DNA from: an uncultured Eubacteriales bacterium
GTDB taxonomy: Bacteria > Acidobacteriota > Aminicenantia > Aminicenantales > Saccharicenantaceae
NCBI GenBank assembly: GCA_964574895.1
Contig: CAZNPB010000004.1
Location: 11,468-75,467, forward strand
Length of the DNA: 64,000 nt
Direction of reading: 5' to 3'
Shown: one piece after another, positions 1 to 6,437 of the stretch
How the letters are laid out: the number at the start of each line of letters is the position of its first letter
Numbering within the stretch: the stretch's first letter is position 1
Program-made: the position numbers and the translations under genes
Notes under the pieces: model-generated
Database searches by the model: none
What the model saw: the letters and a program-made list of their open reading frames with translations, nothing else
What the model was told of the DNA's origin: nothing

Positions 1-1776
1 CGACATCCAGGCGGCGTCGCCGACGCCGCGGGTCAGGTTGAGGACGGTGCCGGCGACGAAGACGACGACCCAGCCGGCGGTCCAGGCGTAGGTCGCGACG
101 TAGAGGACCTTGTCCCAGCGGGTGAACTCGCGGCCCATGCCCAGGACCTTCCAGCCCTTGACCGGCGCCGCGTCGACGGCGGCGGACTCCTCCCGGGCCC
201 GATACGCCCCGCGGTGGAGCATGCGGTCCATGTCGAAGGACCGGCCCCGGCCGGTCAGCAGGGAGACGACGACATAAACGACGCTCGAGCCGGCCATGGC
301 CAGCCCCCAGAACATCTGGCCGTTGACGGGGAAGCCGGGCACGAGCTGCTGGACGACGATGCCGCCGACGGCGACGACCGCGCCGAAGATCATGGCCGAC
401 CAGGCCGCGGCCGTGGTGCCGCGCTTCCAGTACAGGCCGCCGATGATGACCGCGCCGCTGCCGCCGGCGAAGATGGCCCCGGTGATGGCGAAGAACAGGA
501 AGATGTACTCGCTCTGCTGGAAGAGCAGGCTGAAGACGAAGCTGAAGGCGGCCACGCCGAGGATGGACCGCTTCAGGACCTTGATGTGCATCTCGGGCGC
601 GAAGGCCTTGCGGCGCAGGGGCTGGACCACGTCCTGGATGAAGATGCTGCCCCAGGAATGGAGGTAGGTCTCGTTGCAGCCCACGGCGGCGGCCAGCATG
701 ACCGCGGCGAAGGCGCCCATCAGCCCGACGGGCAGCAGCCGGGTCAGGGCGACCGGCACGGTCAGCTGGCTGCGGAGGGCGTCCGAGCCCAGGCCGTCGA
801 GGACGGGCCGGACCGAGTCCGCCGCGGCGGCGAAGCCGGGGCCGTGCCAGAAGGTGTAGGCGACGATGGGCACGAAGACCAGGAACAGGCCCCATTGCGG
901 GATGCCCCGCCAGTTGGCCAGGACGTCGCCCATCTTGGCCTCGTGGGCGCTCTTGGCCGAGGCGTTGTAGGCCTGGGTCCCCTGCCAGGAGAGCTTGCCG
1001 TAGATGACGCCGATCATGCCGATGAAGAAGTACCAGAAGTTGTAGTCCTTGGTGCTGCCCGTGTGGAACGGGTTGACCAGCGAGGCGTTGGCCGGGGCCG
1101 CCGCCAGGGCCTGGAAGATCTGGGCCCAGTCGACCTTGATCATCAGGTAGACGACGATGACGATGAAGACGGCGTTGACGAAGATGCCCTGCAGGAAGTC
1201 GGTGATCATGACGGCGATCTGGCCGCCGGAGAAGACGAAGTAGAGGGGGATCCAGAGCAGGACGATCATGATCAGGGCGAAGGTCGGGACGGCCAGGCCG
1301 AAGATCCCGACCGTCGGGGGCAGGCCGCAGAAATAGATGAAGAAGCGGGCGCTGACGGCCGGGAAGATGCCGAAATTGATGATCCCGGAGACGAAAGCCA
1401 GGGCCCCGGCGAAGACCCGGAACGACCGGCTGTAGCGGACCTCGAAGAACTGGGCCATGGTCAGGCAGCGGGTCTGGCGGAAGCGGTAAAGGACCCAGCC
1501 CGAAACGCTGATGCCGACGACGACGACGGCCATGGCCATCTCCCACCAGCGCATGTTGAAGCCGGCGATGTAGTTCATCTCCAGCATGCCGACGATGGTG
1601 ATGGCCCCGAGCGAGGCCGTGCCCTGGGACAGCGAGATGAGGTAGCGGCCGCCCGTCCGTCCGGCGGCCAGGAAGTCGGAGACGCTCCGCATCAGGGGCT
1701 TGACGACGACCACGGCCCCGAAGACGAAGGCGAAGACGACGGCCACGATGGCCCAATCGATCCAGGTCAGGTTCAA
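1..1776 (-). CDS. sodium:solute symporter (SSF) family transporter; C-terminus runs off the window start
   Basis: Absent from the ORF track because there is no in-window stop. My minus-strand translation from TTG 1776 reads LNLTWIDWAIVAVVFAFVFGAVVVVKPLMRSVSDFLAAGRTGGRYL... with many hydrophobic helices and a GC3-rich frame. SD GAGGAGGAG lies 5 nt upstream. Confidence 0.75.
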   Translation of the reverse strand, partial: MNLTWIDWAIVAVVFAFVFGAVVVVKPLMRSVSDFLAAGRTGGRYLISLSQGTASLGAITIVGMLEMNYIAGFNMRWWEMAMAVVVVGISVSGWVLYRFRQTRCLTMAQFFEVRYSRSFRVFAGALAFVSGIINFGIFPAVSARFFIYFCGLPPTVGIFGLAVPTFALIMIVLLWIPLYFVFSGGQIAVMITDFLQGIFVNAVFIVIVVYLMIKVDWAQIFQALAAAPANASLVNPFHTGSTKDYNFWYFFIGMIGVIYGKLSWQGTQAYNASAKSAHEAKMGDVLANWRGIPQWGLFLVFVPIVAYTFWHGPGFAAAADSVRPVLDGLGSDALRSQLTVPVALTRLLPVGLMGAFAAVMLAAAVGCNETYLHSWGSIFIQDVVQPLRRKAFAPEMHIKVLKRSILGVAAFSFVFSLLFQQSEYIFLFFAITGAIFAGGSGAVIIGGLYWKRGTTAAAWSAMIFGAVVAVGGIVVQQLVPGFPVNGQMFWGLAMAGSSVVYVVVSLLTGRGRSFDMDRMLHRGAYRAREESAAVDAAPVKGWKVLGMGREFTRWDKVLYVATYAWTAGWVVVFVAGTVLNLTRGVGDAAWMS

Positions 1777-1819
1777 GGAAGCTCCTCCTCGCGGCGGCCG
1801 GAGGCACGCGGGGAAGCGA

Positions 1820-1848
1820 ATTCTATCCGGGTCAGGGGAAGGGGTCAA
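1820..1848 (-). promoter_or_regulatory. sigma70-like promoter of the symporter gene (TTGACC-17-TAGAAT)
   Basis: Minus strand: TTGACC at 1848-1843 (inside the hairpin-element terminus), 17-nt spacer, TAGAAT at 1825-1820. Confidence 0.5.
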
Positions 1849-1939
1849 ACCTAAATTTCTTCAATTTTCGCGCTGAGGCGCCTGGCCATCAGACAGGGCC
1901 AGGGCGCGAAAATTGAAGAAATTTAGGTTTGACCCCTTC
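1838..1939. repeat. family-1 palindromic MITE/REP-like element (terminus GGGGTCAAACCT)
   Basis: 1838-1873 is the exact reverse complement of 1904-1939 (36 bp). The arms are AT-rich. Related copies lie at 36989-37082 and 49076-49172. Confidence 0.85.
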
Positions 1940-3247
1940 TCAGATGTCGAAGGTGACCAGGCCGGTCTTGAGCTTGATCTGTTCGCGGATCGCGTCCTTG
2001 GCGACGCGGTCCTCCTTCTCGGCCTTGACGGCCCGGAACAGCTCGTAGGACGTCAGCAGGCCGTTGCCGTCCTTCTGGGCCTCCTCGATCTGGGAGGCCG
2101 AGAAAGGGCAAGCGCGGCCCTTGGGGTCGGCCGCGGAGAAGTAGTTGCCCACGAGCAGGGCCTTCATGCGTGTGTTGTCGAATTCCTGCATCCGGCGGCC
2201 CTTGTACTTCTGGAGCAGGGCGCACTCGTCGTCCGTGGCCCAGTTCTTGCCGCCCCGCACCAGGACGAGCACCAGCTCGCCCTTGCGCAAGCCGGCCTCG
2301 ACGGCCAGGTCGGGCGGCTCGATGATCCAGACGTCCTCTTCCTTGTCCCGGATGGTGTTCTTCCAGTACTGGTCGACGTCCACGACCCGGCCCCAGCCGA
2401 GGTAGCGGAGGGTGTTGACGACGGCCTTCTTGAGGGCCGACCCCTCGCCGTCGAGCAGGCGCAGGAAATCCTCCTGGCCGCCGCCCTTGAGGACCTTGAT
2501 CTGGCGGTCGTAGTCGGCCAGGACGTCCTCGAACCGGCGCTTCTCTTCGTCGCGCCGGGAGACCAGGGCCTTGAGCTCGGGGAAGACGTATTCGTCGGCG
2601 TCGAGCCAGTCGGCGCCCTCCCCGGCCGCGGCCTCGGCCGCGAGGGGCAGCTTGTCCCGGAGAAGATGGTCGGCGATGTCGACGTTCTTGGGGCCGAACG
2701 ACGGCAGGAACATGAGATACCCTTGGCCTTTGCGGACCAGCATGGCCACGGGCGCGCCGTCCCCGGTCTTGGCCAGGACCTCGAGGCGGCCGTTCGTCGG
2801 GGAGTCCTTCTCCCAGACGCCTTCGCCGAGGGCCTCCGGCAGCAGCCGGAAGGCCTTGGCGATGAAGGGTTTGAACCGTTCGAACGGGACGTGGAAGAGG
2901 GCCCGGGGGCTGAAGACGACGGCGTCGGCCCGGCTGCTTTCCCCGACCTGGAGCCCGTCCACGGGCCCGACGATGGCCGTCAGCCGGGACATCGGGCCGC
3001 CGCCGATGAAGCAGACGACGCGGAGGCCCTCGCGGACGCGGGCGATCAGGGCCTCGGAAGAACCGGCCTGTGGTTCGGGCCCGCCGGCCTCGGCCGCGCC
3101 CTCGATCTGGCAGAAGACGAATTCCGTGTCGCCGGCCAGGTCGAGCGGCTCGTCCCGGCCCGTCGAGACGAGGGCGACGTCGTATTTTTCGGCGACCAGG
3201 CGGTCCCGGTCCGCCGGACTGAAATCGATCAGCGCGATCTTGGCCAT
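1940..3247 (-). CDS. uncharacterised 435-aa protein: alpha/beta N-domain, coiled-coil-like linker, PD-(D/E)xK/Mrr-like C-terminal region (tentative)
   Basis: ORF track. GC3-rich frame. SD AAGGAG lies 7 nt before ATG 3247, and the gene has its own promoter. I recognise no family. Nuclease-like pattern: EEDVWIIEPP...ELVLVLVRGGK...ALLVGNYFS...GLLTSYELF. Confidence 0.85.
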   Translation of the reverse strand: MAKIALIDFSPADRDRLVAEKYDVALVSTGRDEPLDLAGDTEFVFCQIEGAAEAGGPEPQAGSSEALIARVREGLRVVCFIGGGPMSRLTAIVGPVDGLQVGESSRADAVVFSPRALFHVPFERFKPFIAKAFRLLPEALGEGVWEKDSPTNGRLEVLAKTGDGAPVAMLVRKGQGYLMFLPSFGPKNVDIADHLLRDKLPLAAEAAAGEGADWLDADEYVFPELKALVSRRDEEKRRFEDVLADYDRQIKVLKGGGQEDFLRLLDGEGSALKKAVVNTLRYLGWGRVVDVDQYWKNTIRDKEEDVWIIEPPDLAVEAGLRKGELVLVLVRGGKNWATDDECALLQKYKGRRMQEFDNTRMKALLVGNYFSAADPKGRACPFSASQIEEAQKDGNGLLTSYELFRAVKAEKEDRVAKDAIREQIKLKTGLVTFDI

Positions 3248-3276
3248 GGAGAGGCTCCTTGCGTCTTATCGGGCCC

Positions 3277-3322
3277 ACTATCCGGCTAACCGTCCCGCCG
3301 GTCAATCACCCCTTAAGGTGAA
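3277..3322 (-). promoter_or_regulatory. promoter (TTGACC-17-GATAGT) with overlapping palindrome ATCACC-N6-GGTGAA
   Basis: Minus strand: TTGACC 3305-3300, GATAGT 3282-3277. Plus-strand palindrome at 3305-3322. A 17-nt block GGGGTGATTGACCGGCG is identical to the site at 13378-13394. Confidence 0.55.
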
Positions 3323-3333
3323 GACCGGGAGGA

Positions 3334-3987
3334 TTACCGGCCCTTTTTCTTCGCCGGCCCGGGCCGGTGGCCTTTCCCCTTGTCCCGTCCCTCCGGGGCC
3401 TTGTGCGGCCGGCTCCGGCCGATCTCGTCGTGGATCCGGACGAAGCTCGCCTGCCGGCTTCGCCGGGAGATGATGTCATCGGGGTCCAGGCCGTGGTATT
3501 CGGAGAGGAACCGCAAGTTGACCAGGCCGACGACCTCCCGGTCGGTGAGGACGAGGCCGCGCCAATCGCCGGCTCGCCCGCGCTTCCGGTAGTACCCGTA
3601 AGCATGGCCATACGGCGGGCCGGGCCGCTCCACCCGCACGGGCACGAAGAAGATCTCGGGCGAAAGGCGGAAATGGACGGCGATATCGAACCAGGACCGC
3701 TTGGCCAGCCGCAGGTCGATGACGGCCTGCGGACCGACATGGGCCCGGGCGGCCAGGAAGTAGACGACCGGCAGGTCCTCATCGGCGAGCCGGTAGCGGG
3801 CCCGCAGGTCGACCACGGCGCTCGGCGCGACGCGATAATGCTCTCCCACGGCGATATAGAAATTCCGCAGGCGGCCGTCCGAGACCGCCAGACCCAAGTC
3901 GACCTGGGCGGGCCGGGCCGGCGGAACGCCCCAGAGAACGGACAGAAAGGCCGCTCCGGCGGCCGCTTTCAGACAACGATGCCTCAT
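3334..3987 (-). CDS. secreted hypothetical protein with a Lys/Arg/Gly-rich tail
   Basis: ORF track 3334..4038, trimmed to ATG 3987 (SD GAGGTGA). Signal peptide MRHRCLKAAAGAAFLSVLWGVPPARPAQ. No family recognised. Confidence 0.7.
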   Translation of the reverse strand: MRHRCLKAAAGAAFLSVLWGVPPARPAQVDLGLAVSDGRLRNFYIAVGEHYRVAPSAVVDLRARYRLADEDLPVVYFLAARAHVGPQAVIDLRLAKRSWFDIAVHFRLSPEIFFVPVRVERPGPPYGHAYGYYRKRGRAGDWRGLVLTDREVVGLVNLRFLSEYHGLDPDDIISRRSRQASFVRIHDEIGRSRPHKAPEGRDKGKGHRPGPAKKKGR

Positions 3988-4130
3988 GATGATCACCTCG
4001 GCTCTCATGGTTTTAGTCGCCCGGCCCCGGCCCGGCATGGAAAAGGTCCGGCCCCGGCCGTGGAAGGACCGGGCCGGCGGATCGTCAAAAGAAATGCCCG
4101 TGGTATACTGGACCGCCTGAGGAGAGCCTT

Positions 4131-6329
4131 ATGACCCCTGACCGCCGCCCGGCCCTGATGTTGACGGCCCTGCTTCTCTGCGCCGCCGCCGGCCTGTTCG
4201 CAGGCCCCGCCGGCCCCGCCCGGGACGCCCAAGGGCCGGCCAAGGTCCTGGTTGTTCAAAGCCTGACGGTGCCGCCGCCGCGGATCGACGGCGTCCTCGA
4301 CGACGCCTGCTGGCAGGGCCTCGAGCCGGTCTCCGGGTTCTTCCAGCACGACCCCCGCAACGGGTCCCCGGCCACCGAGGAAACGTACGTCCGGGCCGCC
4401 TTCGACCAGGACTACCTCTACTTCGCCTTCCTGATGAAGGACTCGCAGCCGAAGGCGATCTGGGCCGAGCTGACGCCGCGCAACGAGTACGAGAACAACG
4501 ACTCCATCAAGCTCATCATCGACGCCTACAACGACAAGAGGACCAGCCTGGAGTTCGAGGTCAATCCCAAGGGGGTCCAGAAGAACTCCGTCGAGACGAT
4601 CTGGAAGTCCGGGGCCGTCATGCGCCCGGACGGCTGGAGCGCCGAGATGGCCATCCCCTTCAAGTCCCTGCGCTTCTCCGCCCAGAAGCTGGACGTCTGG
4701 GGGATCAACTTCGAGCGCTACATCAACCGCCTCAACGAGACGGATTTCTGGACCGACGTCAAGCGCGACCTGCCCGAGCTGCTCCAGGCCGGCGAGCTCC
4801 GGGGCCTGGCCGGCCTCCGGCCCGGCTACAACCTCGAGTTCTTCCCTTACGCCGGCGTCCGGACGTCGGGGTACGACACGGAGACGGGGCGGGAGACGGA
4901 ATGGAAGGCCGCCTACGGCCTCGACGCCAAGTGGGGCATCCGGCCGAACCTCTACCTCGACGTCACCGCCAGCCCCGATTTCAGCGAGGTCGAGTCCGAC
5001 CCGTTCATCTACCGGCTCTCGCCCTACGAGAATTACCTGCAGGAGCACCGCCCCTTTTTCACCGAAGGCAGCCAGTACTTCTCCTTGGGGGAGGGGGACG
5101 AGTTTCACGGCGGCGGCACCAGTCTGTTCTACTCGCGCCGCGTGGACAGCCCGCGGGGGGCGATCAAGCTCTCGGGCAAGACCGGCGGCTTCGGCTTCGG
5201 CGTCCTCGGGGCCGTCAACAAGGTCCAGGTCGGCCCGGAGGAGGACGCGCGGGACTCCTATTTCGGCGTCGTCCGCGTCCAGAAGGACATCTTCAAGAAC
5301 TCCCAGGTCGGCGTCTATTACGCCGGGACGCGGGACCCGAACGCGCCCGGCGGGGCCGTCGACAACCAGAACATCGCCGTCGATGTCAATTTTAATTTCG
5401 CCGATTTCTACTATGTCAGCGGTCTCGCCGCCCGCACCTACAACAGGGGCCAGGGCTCGGCCCGCAACGGCATCTATCAGCTCAACTTCCGCCGCGAGCC
5501 CGACGCCGGGCTCCAGCTGACGGCCGGGTTCCAGAGGGTCGAGGACAAGGTCGCCATCGAGACCGGCTTCATCGACAAGTTGGACATCCAGTCGTTCGAC
5601 GCCATGGTCGGTCACGCCTGGCGCTACAACACGGGGCTCTTCAAGCGCCTCAGCTTCGACGTCAGCGGGGCCGTCAAGCAGGACTCGTTCGGACGCCCGA
5701 CCGGCCAGGGCGGCGAGATCTTCGTCTGGTCCGAGCTCTTCAACCGCGTCGACGCCCACGGCGGCTTCTCCTTCGGCCGGAGCAAGTACCAGGTCCTCGA
5801 TCCCGACGGCCGGCTCGTCTGGACGCCGGACTACATCCGGACGTACGGCTGGAACCTAGACATCGGCTGGGAGCGCGGCGGTTTCATCAAGGAGATCTCC
5901 GTCGAGGGCGGCTGGGACAAGAAGGGCGTCTACCCGGAGACGGGCGACGAGGATTTCTCGACGGTCCTGCCCGGCGCCGAAACGAACGTCGAAGGGCAGC
6001 TGACCCTGCGGCCGCGCTCCAACCTGGAGTGGTCGGCCGGGGGAGGCTGGGTCCGCCAGACCGTCGACGGCCCGGGCGGCGAGATCTTCAACGGGCTGGC
6101 CTACGAAACAGCCCTGCACTACCAGATGACCCGCAGCCTCTTCATCAACACCCGCTATTTCGGCGAGACCCGGGACCGCCAGTACAGCCTGGACGTCCTG
6201 CTCGGCTACTATTTCGGGGCCGGGAACGTCGTCCAGCTGGCCTTCAAGAAGAGCGAGCGCAACGATCTCTTCGGCCGGCTCGGCGGCTACTCCGTCACCC
6301 TCAAGGTCTCCTATCTGCTCCGCCTCTGA
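4131..6329 (+). CDS. CBM9/DOMON-like plus beta-barrel outer-membrane protein (DUF5916-like)
   Basis: 732 aa. SD GAGGAG. Signal peptide. N-terminal IDGVLDDACWQGLEPVSGFFQ...DQDYLYFAF pattern typical of carbohydrate-binding family 9 / DUF5916 proteins. Tyr/Gly-rich C-terminal strands. Confidence 0.8.
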   Translation: MTPDRRPALMLTALLLCAAAGLFAGPAGPARDAQGPAKVLVVQSLTVPPPRIDGVLDDACWQGLEPVSGFFQHDPRNGSPATEETYVRAAFDQDYLYFAFLMKDSQPKAIWAELTPRNEYENNDSIKLIIDAYNDKRTSLEFEVNPKGVQKNSVETIWKSGAVMRPDGWSAEMAIPFKSLRFSAQKLDVWGINFERYINRLNETDFWTDVKRDLPELLQAGELRGLAGLRPGYNLEFFPYAGVRTSGYDTETGRETEWKAAYGLDAKWGIRPNLYLDVTASPDFSEVESDPFIYRLSPYENYLQEHRPFFTEGSQYFSLGEGDEFHGGGTSLFYSRRVDSPRGAIKLSGKTGGFGFGVLGAVNKVQVGPEEDARDSYFGVVRVQKDIFKNSQVGVYYAGTRDPNAPGGAVDNQNIAVDVNFNFADFYYVSGLAARTYNRGQGSARNGIYQLNFRREPDAGLQLTAGFQRVEDKVAIETGFIDKLDIQSFDAMVGHAWRYNTGLFKRLSFDVSGAVKQDSFGRPTGQGGEIFVWSELFNRVDAHGGFSFGRSKYQVLDPDGRLVWTPDYIRTYGWNLDIGWERGGFIKEISVEGGWDKKGVYPETGDEDFSTVLPGAETNVEGQLTLRPRSNLEWSAGGGWVRQTVDGPGGEIFNGLAYETALHYQMTRSLFINTRYFGETRDRQYSLDVLLGYYFGAGNVVQLAFKKSERNDLFGRLGGYSVTLKVSYLLRL

Positions 6330-6437
6330 TCCTCCCCCCCGGCGGTGAGGCCGGCGGCCGGAATATCACCCCCCGTTCCATTCTCCCCGGCGATGGCCTT
6401 CCGGGGCCGGGTCCGGCACAATACCGGCGAGGATAAC

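Noticed and set aside
214-1854. 546-aa plus-strand ORF (with nested ORFs 296..667 and 674..859).
   Set aside because: It is antisense to a clear symporter gene. The translation is low-complexity (D/G/E/R/H/A runs) with no SD or promoter. This is a typical open antisense frame in GC-rich DNA.
1913-3289. Plus-strand ORF starting MKKFRFDP. The same peptide starts ORF 47762..49099 on the minus strand.
   Set aside because: The ATGAAGAAATT(T/C)AGGTTTGACCCC start is simply the arm of the family-1 repeat. The rest of each ORF is antisense to real genes. Only at potB does this reading continue into a genuine protein.
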